A DNA stretch of 64,000 nt, taken from contig JAHRHZ010000063.1 of assembly GCA_024137785.1 (NCBI GenBank), forward strand, positions 15,149,076 to 15,213,075, read 5' to 3'. The notes under the pieces are model-generated. The model was given only the letters and a program-made list of their open reading frames with translations, was not told the DNA's origin and searched no databases. The translations under genes were made by a program, and so were the position numbers. This DNA is from Ginglymostoma cirratum (lineage: Eukaryota). Each line of letters starts with the position of its first letter. Position 1 is the first letter of the stretch. This document shows, in pieces, positions 22,961-36,269 of the stretch.

Positions 22961-23655
22961 GGTGTACCGGTACACAGGTCACTGAAAGTGATAACGCAGT
23001 TGGAGAAGGTAGTTAACAAGGCATATGGCATGCTTACCTTCATCAGATGGGTCATTGAGTTTAAATATTGGCAGGTAATGTTGCAGATTTATAGAACCTT
23101 AATTAGGCTACCTTTGGAATATTGTGTTCAATTCTGGTCTCCACATTTCCAGAAGGATGTGGTGGCTTTGGAAAGGGTACAGAAAAGATTTACCAGGATG
23201 TTGCCTGGTATGGAGGGCATTGGCTACAAGGAGAGGTTGGAGAAACTTGGGTTGTTCTTACTGGAACGACGGAGGTTGAGGGGTGACCTGATCGAGGTCT
23301 ACAAGATTATGAAGGGCATGGACAGACTGGACAGTCAGAAGATTTCTCCCAGGGTGGAAGAGTCAATTACCGGGGGCTATGGGTTTAAGGTGCGAGGGGC
23401 AAGGTTTAAAGGTGATGTATGAGGCAGGTTTTTTACAGAGAGGGGTGGGTGCCTGGAACTCGTTGCCAGGGGAGGTAGTGGAAACAGATACTGTAGTGAC
23501 TTTTAAAGGGCATCTTGACAAATATATGAATGGATGGGAATAGAGGGATACAGTCCCCCGAAGGGTAGAGGGTTATAGTTGTGACAGGCAGCATGTTGGT
23601 GCAGGCTTGGAGGGCCAAAGGGCATGTTCCTGTGCTATAATTTTCTTTGTTCTTT
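22961..23655 (+). mobile_element. 5'-truncated CR1 LINE
   Basis: ORF 22940-23422 LEYCVQFWSPHFQKDVVALERVQKRFTRMLPGM...RRLRGDLIEVYKIM; candidate TSD GTACATCTG/GTGCATCTG. Confidence 0.92.
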
Positions 23656-25404
23656 GTGCATCTGACGGGTCCCTGGTCATAGGAATATAAGCCAGCTGGG
23701 ACATCAGGCTACTTTTGAATGAGGTAATGGGTTAATGCTCATACGACATTGGCCCAACCCACTCTATTGGTGTCACACACAGTCTGTGAATAGAGACAAG
23801 GAGTTCTACTTGACTTTTCAGAGGAGCATACGTATCTGTCCCGGCTGCCTGAAGTCCTAGTAATTACATCTGACTAAATGTAGTTGTATCTGTTGCTATT
23901 ACATAATGAATGTTCTTGTTATTCATGAGCAGTGCCTTTTCTGTAGATATTCTATGGTTATCTATCGTATGCTACTAATTACTAGAAACATCCAACACAA
24001 AGCAAAGACAGAAGGGGATTGTTGGTAGTAAACTACCTGAAATAACCCTACCCCAGTACCCCAAATATCACTAGGCATCAGGAGTGCTCATCTGGGTAAA
24101 TATCACCGCTATCTACATGTGGATGCTGACAGGAAGGGTTTTGAGAATGTGGGGAGCGAAGCAGTTGAAAACAACGCTGAAGCGAGTGAGGGCAGACTAC
24201 CTGGGACTCCACAGTAATCTTCGGGTTGTAATTTTTTCTGTCTGCAACTCGGTAGCCAGAACAGCCTAGTTAACGCATGAACGCCCCATGATGCTCTAAA
24301 AAGTATAGATGTAACCAATGCCCTATAGTTCTCAGGGCTAAATGAATTAAAGAATGGGAATAGACAAATGAGTTGGATAATGAGCTATGGTCATATTGAA
24401 TGGCATAGCAGGCTGGAAAGGATGAATAGTCTGCTCCTGCTCCCAATCTACGTTGCTGGGACCTGATTTTCATGGAAAAGAGACCAACTTGACATGCTTA
24501 AAACAGTCAGTGATGGACCATTGTGAAAATTACAGTGGGCTAAACCATCTTTAATGATGTGGCAACAAGGATATGAAACCCTCTTTCTTGGAACTATTAC
24601 TGTGTTAAAATCAAACACGGGTATCTATTGACATCAGGATTTGTAGTAAACTAAAAGAACTGTAGATTATATTACATAGATAGCAACAAAATTATAAAAT
24701 AAGTATAATTTTGATCGGGTATCTTGCTAACTAAATCATAAGTATCAGCAATTTGTCCAACATAGCGGCTAAATTAAAGTACAAGAAGTTGGTTTTATTG
24801 CTGATTTCTAGCACGAAGAAATTTACAGCTTTCAGTAATAACTTCATTAGTTGAAAACCATTCTGGTTGCATCAAAATGGAATATTAAAATTATTTGCAT
24901 AAACTTCCTGTCTGCAAGCCTTGTCTCCTCCAAGCAGTTTTTGACGTTATAAATTCCTATGTCCACATCCATAATGGAAACAGTCAGTGTAAACATAATA
25001 CTACAATCACATCTTTACCATTCCTGTCATTGTTGAATCAGTGATGATGGATACATTATCCAAAATTGTCATGAGTAGAGTGAGACAAGAGGTTAAGAAG
25101 CTTATGCAGGAATGGAAGGCTTTGCAACTAATAGTTGAGGCTGAGGTTGTTACATCTTTTAAGTGGAAATTGGACAGGTATCGTATGCATAAAAAGATAC
25201 AAAGTGAGCAAGCAGGACAGTAGATTTTAAGACGGATTGCTCTAACAAGATGATTTCACTGACATAATGATTGACTGACCAGGTTGCGTCCTATTACGCT
25301 ATGGTTTTATGGTTCTATTGCTGGCACCACTTTGGTGCTTCATTATTGGGTCTCCTACCTGCTGAGAGATGACTGTGTTCAAATCGCCTCCACTGTGCTA
25401 GCTT

Positions 25405-26405
25405 TTTTTCAAATTCACTTTTGAGATATAGACTCACTGACTGAGCCAACATTTATTTGCCATCCCTAGTTGCCCCAGAGAAGGTGATGGTGAGCTGCCT
25501 TCTTGAACCATTGGAGTCTGTGCGCTGTCGGCAGAACCACAATGCCCTTAGGGAGGGAATTTCAGGGTTTTGACACAGTGACAGTGAAGGAACGATGATA
25601 TATTTCCAAGTCAGGATGGTGAGTGGCTTGGAGGGGAACTGGCAGGTGGTGGTGCTCCCATGTATCTGCTGCCTTTGTCTTTCTAGATGGAAGTGGCAGT
25701 ATATTGGATCTAAGGATCTTTGGTGAATTCTGCAGTGCATTCTATAGATAGTACGCATTGTTGCTCCTCAGTGTTGGCAGTGATGTCAAGTTTCTTGGGT
25801 CTTGTCACATCTACACTCATCCAAGTAGTGGGGAGTATTCTGACAAACTGCTGACTTCTGCCTTGTAAATGATGAACCAGATTTGGGGAGCCAGGAGGTG
25901 AGTTACACACTGCAGTATTCCTAACCTTTGACCTGCTTTTGTAGCCACTGTAATTATAACCAGTTGAGTTTCTGATAAATGGCAACCACCAGAAGGTTGA
26001 TAACGGGGGATTCAATGATGGTAATGAATATCGGGGTGGGGGGGGGGGGGCGGGGGGGGGGAGCTTGGGGGCAAAGGTGGTTCAAACATCTCTTATTGGA
26101 GATGGACATTGTCTGGCATCTGTATACCAGAAATGTTAGTTGCCACTTTTCAGGCCAGGCCTGGAGATTGTCCAGGTCTTGTTGCATTTGAACATGGGCT
26201 GATTCAGTACCTGAATAGTGCTGAACATTGTTTGCTGATGATTGCACATCACCAAATCTGACCTCTCAGCCACAACTTCTTCCTATGTGCCCGGTATAAC
26301 TCTAACCAGTGGAGAGTCTTCCCCGATTCCAACTGATTGTAGTTTTGCTGGGGGTCTCTGATGCTTCAGTCAAATGTAGCCTTGATCTCAAGGGCTGTCA
26401 CTGTC
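25405..26405 (-). mobile_element. CR1/L2-group LINE family B, decayed
   Basis: MQQDLDNLQAWPEKWQLTF (ORF 25954-26247) and family B 3' tail in reverse. Confidence 0.85.
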
Positions 26406-27944
26406 AAACCACTGTTGAAAGGGTCATCCATGTCTTCGTTATCTTCAGACTCAGCTATTTAGACCACTACAAACTGCGCTCACTCGCTAATAACTCCATT
26501 CTATCTCGTTAGTAACTGTCTGAGATTGAAACAGATGATTCGCAAACTGGCTATCAGGTGTCACCCAAAATGAGCTTCGGACCACAGATCATGCCATTGT
26601 GAACAGAAACATTCAGAAACAAGCGAAACAAACTGATTGAAATATATGCCCGGGTCTTGAGATAGGGAAATCATTGCTGTAGCAGCTAGGATGGGAGTAA
26701 TGTATTGAATCCACATGGATGTTATAGCATAGTTGACTCAAGAGTTTGAGACTCCTATCTATCACTACCCTGACTAATCCCCCAATTCATCCTTGATTCA
26801 ACATGGCCCACCTGACCAAACTCTGATACCCCACAGATCTAACATCTCCCCACTCAGCCAACCCCCTCCAGAATCCCCTCCCCAGTTCCTTCTGATTACC
26901 TCCATCTTCCCACCACCACCCCCAATCCTACCCCAAGGACATGGCAACTTCTAACCTCTCTCCCCAAACCCACTACCCCCCAACTAATTCCCAATACTCT
27001 CTGTTCAAAACTGACCTGGGTCCCATAGACTGGAACCCATGTGACAACGCTCAACTACACGCACCATCAGTCCCACAACTCTACAAGTCTTCACTCACTT
27101 ACCCACAAAACTATCCCTCACACCGACCTGGCAGTGTATACATTGAGCAGTTGTGAAAGTGCATTAATTGGCTGGGATATGGCACTTCCTGCGGAAAGAG
27201 GGGATGAGTTTTCCGCATCCGATCCAATCTTCTGGATGTATCCACGCTGCTTCAGCTGGGAATGTTTCTGCCCATTTGTTCTGCTGGGGGCCCAGTATCG
27301 GCAGTTTGTCAGGCCCCAGTGATGAAGAGATTGCACCTGTGGAGTGGCAACTCTTGACATTGGTGGGCACAGCGCAGATAGGAGCGCGGGTGTCATTGGT
27401 CAGCCAGCTCAGGGATTGGGACTCATGGTGCAGGCAGTGGAGTGAAGATGGACTTTCTTCCAGCTTTGTCTTTTTATTCTTGAAGTATTCGAACGTTGCA
27501 GCTATTGAAGCTGTTCACTGTATTTTACCATGTTATCATTGTCGAGTACAAATGACAGTAAATCATCATCATTAACTTCACCCGCAACCTTGCACCAAGT
27601 TAAATGAGTAACCATTTGTCTGAACTCGGCTGGAAATAAAATGTGGAAGTTTCTATTTGAAGTGGGAGTTTCTCAAGTGGCGGGGGATTGGTATTGTCCA
27701 GAGGGGAACATCAGATACGTGCAATCAATAGGACAAATTTAAACATGATCTTTTATTTAGTCAGTGAAAGCGTTTGGAAAGGAAACAAATAGAGTTCAGA
27801 AATAAATCAAATTGCATTTTGTCCCCACAACACGAATCAATAATGTCAATGATTCTGTTATAGTTCACAATGATCTTCTGCACCCAGTTCTCACCTGCTG
27901 AAACCAGATGACAATCAGGTCCCTACCACTTTTTTTCTAGCCAC

Positions 27945-28050
27945 CAATAGTCCTGAAAAAGGGTCACTGGACCTAAAACATTAATTCTGCTTTCCCTCCA
28001 CAGTCGCTGCCAGACCTGCTGAGTCTTTCAGCAATTTCTGTTTTGACTCT
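27945..28050 (+). mobile_element. Penelope-like pseudo-LTR fragment (subfamily B)
   Basis: CTGAAAAAGGGTCACTGGACCTAAAACATTAA...GCTGCCAGACCTGCTGAG. Confidence 0.7.
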
Positions 28051-28959
28051 TCACCTCTATTCTGTTTGCCGCATTCAGTAAGATAGGAAGCTGTATGTTA
28101 GTAAGCTGAGAGAAATGGCATATATGGCGCTTGGTAAGCAATAGTCTCCATAATAGGTAGCTTACTACTGCTTAGTAGTAAACTTGCCTTGCTTCCTAGT
28201 TAATGCTTTAAAGAAACAACAAATGGATCCCAACATTGAAATCAGCCTCACCAGCCTTTTCATACAATTCTACTCCAAATCTTGCTCGAGCCTATGTTGT
28301 TCAGGTCCTTATAAGATTCTTAACCACATGCTCCATAGGTATTCTCATATGAAAGATATATTTAACCATTTATCCCACAATGATAGGCTAGTTACTAACA
28401 GACCAGTCAACCCAAACTCAGTGGTGGACAAATTCACCAAAGCTCCTGAGACAATGAATGTGAAATCCAGAGCCACTTCCATCTCAAAAGACAAAAGCCG
28501 AGGATACATCAGATCACCACCACCTGTAGGTCCTCTCCAACCCACATCCTGACTTGGAAATGAGTCACTCTTTCTTCAGTGTCGCTGGGTCAAAATCCTG
28601 AAACCCCTCAGCCAATGGCTTTAGGCATCTTTATTTCCAGGAATTTTACACAGACCTCAGAAGTGGATACCTTGCCATTAATGGGATCTGTAGATGCTAA
28701 TTTTAATCGATAGTCATGTTACAAGCAGAATGTGAAGTAATATTTACCTTGCATTTAGTGAATTTCAGTGATGCAATTGAATAATCAGCGAACTTTGTTT
28801 TTGCTGCCTGATGCACTAATTCTGGGTTAACCTCATTATAACGGAAATTCAATGGCCCTACGCTCCTCAGAGAAACAAGGGGTCAGAATATTCAGCTAAG
28901 AGCAGTTGCTGAATTTAACCCATGCTTCCTTTGTGATTTCTTTTTCATTTTTATCATTT

Positions 28960-29800
28960 ATACATTTAATAAATATGGGCATCAATGGTTAAGCTCATGT
29001 TTGTTGCCCATCCCTAATTACCCTGGAGTAGTTATCTGCCTTCTTGAACTACTGCAGTGTTGTTAAGAAAGGTGAATTTTGACCCAGTGACATTGAAATA
29101 ATGTCAAAGTTGTTCTACAGTTGTTCACACTGTGTGTGACTTTGAGGCAAGTGGAGCAGATCCCATCACACTCTTGATTTGTGCCTTGTACATGGTGGAT
29201 GGGTTTAGGGAGACTGGGGCAAGTTACTTGCCACAATATTCTGAGCTCTGATCTTCTTTTGCAGTCTAAACATGTATATGACTGGTCCAGCTCAGTTTCT
29301 GGTCAATGGTAATTCCCAAGTTATTAAGAGTGGGGTTTCAGCAACGGTAACAACTTTGAGTTTCTCATTTTGTAAATGGTCATTGCCTGGCATTTCTGCA
29401 ACATGAATAATACTCACCAGTTTTCTGCCAAAGCTTGAAAATTGACCAGGTCTTGCTGCATATGGACATGAACAACTCCAGTGTCTGATGAATCGTATAT
29501 GGCGCTGAACAATGTGCAAACATCCCCACTTTTGACCTTATGATGAATGGTAGATCATTGATGAAGCAGCTAAAGGTGGTTGGGCCCAGGACACTACCCT
29601 GAGAAACTCCTGCAGACATATCCTGAGACAGAGATGACTGACCTCCAACAGCTACAACCATCTTCCTTTATGCTGTGCATGACTCCAACCAGCAGAGATT
29701 TCCCCCTGTTTATCATCGTGTCCAGTTTTGCTAGGGCTGCTTGATATCACAATCGCTCAATGCTGCCATGATGTGAAGTGAAGTCACTTTCAGCTACCTC
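28960..29800 (-). mobile_element. CR1/L2-group LINE family B, decayed
   Basis: ORF 29380-29661 AGVSQGSVLGPTTFSCFINDLPFIIRSKVGMFA. Confidence 0.85.
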
Positions 29801-31527
29801 TGGAATTAGGCCATTTGGCCCATCAAAGCTGCATCACCATTCGATCATGTTTCTCAACACATTCTCCTGCCTTTTACCCATAATCCTCAATTCCCTTGTT
29901 AATCAACCACCTATCTATCTCCGTATTAAAACATTCAATGATTTGGCCTCCACAGCCTTCTGTAACAATGAGTTCCACAGATTAACCACCCTCTAGCTGA
30001 AGAAATTCCCCTTCAAGTCAATTCTGAAGGATCGTCCCTTCATTCTGAGGCTGTGACCTTGGGTCCTAGTCTCTCCCACTAGTGGAAAGATCTTCGCCAC
30101 GTCCACTCTAAACAGGCCTTTCAGTATTCTGTAAGTTTCAATAAGGTTCACCTTTATCCTTCTAAACTTCATCAAGTACTGACCTCAAATGCTCCTCATA
30201 TGACAAACCCTTCATTCCCAGGATCATTCTTGTAAATTTTTGCTGGATGTCCTCCAAATCTAGCTCATTCTTTCTTAGATACGGGGCCCAAAACTGCTCA
30301 CAATATTCCAATGTGGTCTGACCAGAGCCTTAAAAAGCCTCAGCAGTACATTTCTGCTTCTGTTTTCTAGCCATCTTCAAGTTAAGGTTAGCATTGCAGT
30401 TGCCTTCTTAACTATCAAGTGAACCTACATGTTAACCTTCAGAGAATCCTGAATCAAAACTCCCAAGTCACTTTGCGTTTCAGATTTCCAAAGCCTTTTC
30501 AATTTAGGAAATAGTCTACACATCTATTCTTCCTTCCAAAGCGTTTAACTTTGCACTTTCCTACATTGTATTCCAAATGTTATCTTGTTGTCCACTCTCC
30601 TAATCTGCCCAAGTCCTCCTGCAGCCTCCACTCTTCCTCAACATTACCTGACCCTCCACCGACCTTTGTGTCATCTGAAAACGTAGCGACAATGCCCTCA
30701 CTTCCTTCATCCAGATTGTTAATGTATGACATGAATAGTTATGGTCTCAACTCTGCTAGTCACTGGTTGCCATCCTAAAAAAGAACCCTTTATCCCTCCT
30801 CTTTTCCTTCTGCCATTGATTAATCCTTGAACCATGCCGGTACCTTGCCCCTAAAACCATGGTCTCTTACCTTATTCAGCAGCCTCCTGTCAAAGGAATT
30901 ATGGAAATACAAATAAATCATGCGAACGGGCTCTCCTTCGACTAAGTTGCTCATTACCCCCTCAAAGAATTCTAACAGACTTGTCAAACATGACCTCCCT
31001 TTGAAGTTACCACACTGACTCCATCTAATTTTTCCATACACTTTTAAATACTCTGCAATGCAACTCATAATAATGGGCTCTAAAATCTCACCAACAATCC
31101 ATATCGGTTAACCAGCTTATAATTTTGTGTCTTCTGCCTTCCTCCTTTTCAAACAGAAGTGTTACATTAACCATTTTCTAATCCTAGAGTAGCCTTCCTG
31201 AACCCCAGTGATTTCTAAACGATCACCATCAATCACCACCTCGAAAATCTTCTCAGCTCTCTCCTTCAGAGCGTAGGGTTGTCGTCCATTTTGTCTGGAA
31301 GATTTATATGCCTTCAGGTCTTTCAGCTTCCCTGGCACCTTCTCCTGAGTGATAGCCATTACACTCACCTCTGCTCTCTGACTCTTTTGAAGTTCTGGTA
31401 TGTTATCGGTTTCTTCCACCACAAAAGCCGATGAAAAGTACCCTCTGCCATTTTTTTGATCCCCATTACTACTTCTCCAGCCTCATTTTCCAAAGGTCCA
31501 ATGTCCACTCTTGCCTCTCTCTTACAT

Positions 31528-31558
<31 letters not shown>

Positions 31559-32480
31559 GTATAAGATATATATTATATATATATACCATTTTTATATATC
31601 CAAGAAAACTCTTGCAATCTTCTTTTATATTATCAGCTTAACCTCATATTCCATCTTCTCCTTTTTTTTCTAGTTATCTTCTGCTGGTTTTCAAAGGCTT
31701 CCCAATACTTTGGCTTCCCACTAATCTTTTCCACATTGTATGCTTTCTCTTTTGCTTTTATGCTGTCCCTGACTTCCCCTGTCAGTATTGGTTACCTTGT
31801 CCTCCACTTGTATATTTCTTCTTGGAATAAATTTCTGCTGTGCCTTCCAAATTACCCACCAAATTTCTGGTTATTGCTGCTCCATTATCCTCCCTGATAG
31901 GCTCCCTTTCCAATTGACTCTGACCACCAGCTCCCTCATGTCTTTGTAATTACCTTTCCTCAATGATAATACCGTTACATCTGGTTCCAGATTCTCCCTC
32001 TCAAACTGCAGGATGAATTCTATCATATTATGGTCACTGCTCCCTAAGGTTTCCTTCACTTTAAGCTGTCGAATCAATCTTGCCTCATGACACATCACCA
32101 AATCCAGAATAACCGGTCCCTGTTTGGCTCTACCACAAACTGCTCCAAAAACCATCTTGTGGATTTTTAATGAATTCTTTTCTTTGGGGTTCACTACCAA
32201 CCTAATTTTCCCAGTCCATCTGCACATTGAAGTCCCCCACCATTATTACAACAGTGCCTTTATTACTTGTTTTTTCCATCTCCTGACTAATGCTCAGAGA
32301 CCTGTACACAACTCTCCTCAGGATCTTCTTATCTTTTTCCTCACCTCTACCCACTTAGATTCTATACCTTCCAACTTGGTAACACATCTTGCCATTGACT
32401 TAATTTCATTTCTTACTAACAGGGCAAACCTGCTCCCTCTTCCCATCCTTTTAAATGGATGCGTATCCTTGAATGTTTCG
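29800..32480 (-). mobile_element. CR1 LINE ORF2 (endonuclease and RT), frameshifted
   Basis: RGSRFALLVRNEIK, ILDLVMCHE..LGSSDHNMIEF, FKGRSCLTSLLEFFE, LIETYRILKGL. Confidence 0.9.
31527..31586. repeat. Imperfect (TA)n microsatellite inside CR1
   Basis: TTATATATATATATATATATATGTATATATATGT... Confidence 0.9.
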
Positions 32481-32494
32481 TTTCCAACCCTAAG

Positions 32495-32815
32495 ATTTTT
32501 AATATTCATTTACAGGATAAAAGCATCACTAGCTAGGCCAGCATTTAGTGCCCATCGTTAATTACCCTGAGGGCAGTCAAGAGTCAGCCACATTGCTGTG
32601 GGTCTGGAGTCACCTGTAGGCCAGGCCAGGTAAGGATGAAATTTTCCTTCCCTAAAGGACATCAATGTTCCAGACAGTTTTTCCAACAATTGACAGTAAT
32701 TTCATGATCAGCATTAAACTCTTGATTCCATCTTTTTTAAAAAATTGAATTCAAATTCCACCATCCCGGAACCCGGGTTCCTGCGACATTACCTGGATCT
32801 CAGGATTAACAGTGA
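32495..32815 (-). mobile_element. tRNA-derived SINE (Deu-SINE-like) with family B tail
   Basis: GAGGGCAGTCAAGAGTCAGCCACATTGCTGTGGGTCTGGAGTCAC core; related pieces at 39295-39565, 40375-40540 and 63955-64000. Confidence 0.6.
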
Positions 32816-33299
32816 TAATGCTGCCAGACCTGCTGAGTTTCTTCAGTAATTTATGTTTTTCTTTGTTCAGGGTAATAGATATGATAGGTATTTCTATCTG
32901 CATCTGAACAGTTGTACCGATGTCCCAAAGCCTACAGCAATTGGAAAACTTTTCTTTCCTCCACTTTCTCAAGGACAATTAGGAAAGGAGAATAAATTCT
33001 AGCCTCTGCTGCAACAGTCATATCCCACAAAAAATAAATAATGTATGATTTGCAATGAAGAATAGATATCCATATTGCTTGCCTTTGTATTTTTCCTCAA
33101 TTGGAAACATGACGTTTCAAGTGGGCTATGCTATTAATACTGCATTCAACTCCGGTAATGTTGAAAGCATCCCAACACACGCTAAGCTCTGTTGTATTGT
33201 GGTGGAGGACCATTTTGTATTGCCTTTCATTTCACACCTCTTTTCAAAAAGTACTATGTCTGAGGAAGTAAGCCTTTACATCTAATCCTCGTTATTTGC

Positions 33300-33850
33300 T
33301 GACCCCTGATATGGTGTGGCATGGAGTCTCCCTGGTGTGGCGTCATTGCAACCCAGCAGGGAGATCTTCTGGTGTATGTGGAGGTCTCTTGGCCTGGCAT
33401 AGCCTCAGTGTGGTCTCCCATTCTCGAGATGATTCCAGAGTGATATCGCAGCTTGATGAACATCGGGTTGAAACCCGGCACAGTCTGGAGCCAAGGCCTT
33501 GTGTGGACTGAAGGCTAAGTGCCAACATGTTCTGAGGAAGGGTATGTTCTGAGGACCTGAAATGTTAACTCTGATTTTTTTTCTTCACAGATGCTGCCAG
33601 ACCTGCTGAACTTGTCCAGCATCTTCTGTTTAGGTGCTAACATGGTCTGGGTTGGAAGAACATTGGTCTGTACTTTTATTTCTGCAATGCTGGACTTCTT
33701 ATTTCTCTATTTTCTAAGATCTTATAACTGAAGAAGTTGTATCTAGGTACCTTTGTACCTATGATGGAGCTGTATGTGGCAATGTATAAACTTTTCACTG
33801 TACTCATTTGAGTACACATGACAATAAAGCTAATTCAATTCAATTCATTC
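33300..33850 (+). mobile_element. Non-autonomous element with Rex1-like 3' tail, interrupted by a Penelope-like fragment
   Basis: Ends ACTTTTCACTGTACTCATTTGAGTACACATGACAATAAAGCTAATTCAATTCAATTCA. Confidence 0.55.
33530..33633 (+). mobile_element. Penelope-like pseudo-LTR fragment (subfamily B)
   Basis: 11-bp TSD GTGCCAACATG/GTGCTAACATG at 33519-33529 and 33634-33644; disrupted hammerhead TCTGAGGAAGGGT...GACCTGAAATGTTAAC. Confidence 0.75.
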
Positions 33851-34709
33851 CAGTTTGTGTATCTTGAACTGGAATGATACTCTGACCATTGTATATGGCA
33901 TTTAAGTACCTATGAAGGGAATTCATGGGTGACTTAGGATCATTACAACAGTCTTATCCTGTCGGATCATGCATTCTGGTTTCAACAAAGCACAATGAAT
34001 TGAAATTCGGAATTCACTTCAGAAAAGAGAAGCAAAAATTTTGCTTTCATTTAACACACAGTGTGAGTGCACTAAAAGCAAATTAATTCCCACTGTGAGT
34101 AATTACTAGAGATAATCCATTGCCCAGCACTCTGTAGTGCAACAGGTCAGCAAAATAACATACTGCATGATTGGCTTGTCATCAGCTAACATCTTCATCA
34201 TCTAAGCAGTTTCTTTTTCAACAGAAATATTACTGAAGACATTTTTCGATTGGGAATTTCGAGCTGGACATATCCAATGGCATGGTATCTTTAAATCACA
34301 CAAGTCGTAATGTTCATCAATATTATGTTCTGCAGACAAAAGTTTCAGTAATCTGATGACTTCACTTTTTTCAATCACTGTATTGCATTAGCTTTGCAGT
34401 GTTTTCACTTTCTTGATTTTGTCAATTTTTCATACTTATAACTCTATCGATTTCAAGCAAGCAATACTAATCTTAGCCTCGACAGTGATGAATATCATGG
34501 AAAAAGCCCAACAGCATGAACGGCCAAACGCAAATGATAAATTAAAATGTTAGGATGGTCATCAAAGGTAGAGCAAATAATTTTTTTTTCAACAGAAGTT
34601 CATTTTCTACTACTACTAATATTCTCTTTCTGAAATTGTTTGGCACAATACCATATATTACATTGGCTCATAGGACGGAAGTCGGTTTATGTTTCTGAAT
34701 GAAAATGTA

Positions 34710-35830
34710 ATACAAGCACAAGAGGCCTTTTTGCACCTCAAGACTATTCTATCATTCTATGAGATCATGGCTGATTTGTAATACCATTCCATATATTTGT
34801 CCTATTTAACTTAGGTTCACAATACTCTAGCATTCTCAGATTCATTTAATAATTAATCCAACAGCAATTTTCATTTGTGTAGGACAGTTCCAAAATTTTA
34901 CCTTCCTTTGCATAAACTTCACTCCTGAAAGATTTGGTTCTAGTTTTCAGGCTATGACCTTTAGTCCTCGATTACCAACCAACGGAAATAATCTGTCTTT
35001 CTCTCTCCCTCGCACTCTTTCTCCTTTCTCCTTGAAAACTTATATTAACTCATCCACTTCATCCATATTAAAGGGAACACAATGCCAGATATATAATATC
35101 TTTTAATTTAAACCTTGAAATCCATGTTCCCTTCTAGTAAATCACTTAATTTAAACATTAGCAATATATTTAATTTATGAGTAAAGTTTCCACATATCTA
35201 TTATATTTCAATGATTGATGCACATGGTCTCCAGGGCCACCACTGTTTATAACTTTCTGCGGTATATAAAGACCCTTAGTTAAGCCTACTTCTGATAATT
35301 GATAAATGACAACACATCTTTCATTAAATTCCATTTCCCACAATTTTTTTTTCCATTCACTAATGCCATTGTTATCTTTTTGTAACATTATGCTTATCCC
35401 TACAATGCTGCTAGAATCCCATCCAATTTGGTGTCACCAGCAAACTTGAGCATGACAGTCTCTAGGTGAGCACGTAAGTGGTTTATAAATAAGGAGGCCA
35501 CTTGAGACTCCAACACAGAGTCTTGTGCGATATGTCCTGTCAATTACTATACATTAGTGTACCCACCTATTAACCCCACTCTTTGTCTTCTGCTGCTTCG
35601 TTAATAATTGAACCAGTTCAATAATTATTTTCAATACTAGATTTGGTTAATACTAATTTATCTGATCAGTCAACTTCTGGAAACCCATATAAATAACATC
35701 CTCAGGCATTTCCTGTCTTCTTAGTCACCTCTTCAAGGCAAAATATTAATCATGTTTTTTCAGATAGTACCCATCCTTTAAGCATACATTCTGGCTCCCT
35801 CAGATTAGCTAAAAGTTATCCAAATGTTCA
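34710..35830 (-). mobile_element. Old decayed CR1 LINE
   Basis: ORF 35170-35388 LQKDNNGISEWKKKLWEMEFN; GGTGTCACCAGCAAACTT is KFAGDT on the minus strand. Confidence 0.7.
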
Positions 35831-36269
35831 GTCACTCCATCCTTACTTATAGGGAATGGCGACATATTTTCAAATCAAAACAAAGTGTGACTTTGAGAAT
35901 GGAACACCAGGAGTTAATAGGTATGAGCATAAAAGCTAGAAGGCACCATCAGTGATGTTAGAAACCTGACAGAAGAAGGATTGAATGGCCTACAGACCCA
36001 TGTCTCTGTAAAACATGTAAGTTGTTAAATTTTGCTATTTTGCTTGCATCAATGGGGTTTCCAAACCTCATCTGTCAGAAACATACAAGATCTGGTCATG
36101 ATATTTGTACATCATGGCAGTGGTATGTGAATCCTTTACTGAGAATCCTAGCCAAGCTGATAAATATGGAAAGTGAACAATTAGTGGCCCACTTGAAAGA
36201 ATGTGCAATTAATAATCAAAACAACTAATCATTACTGGATCTTATGACACTGACCAGAAGTAGACAGAT

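Noticed and set aside
24040-24216. Protein-looking plus frame GKYHRYLHVDADRKGFENVGSEAVENNAEASEGRLPGTPQ
   Set aside because: Short, no start codon or convincing acceptor, no family recognised.
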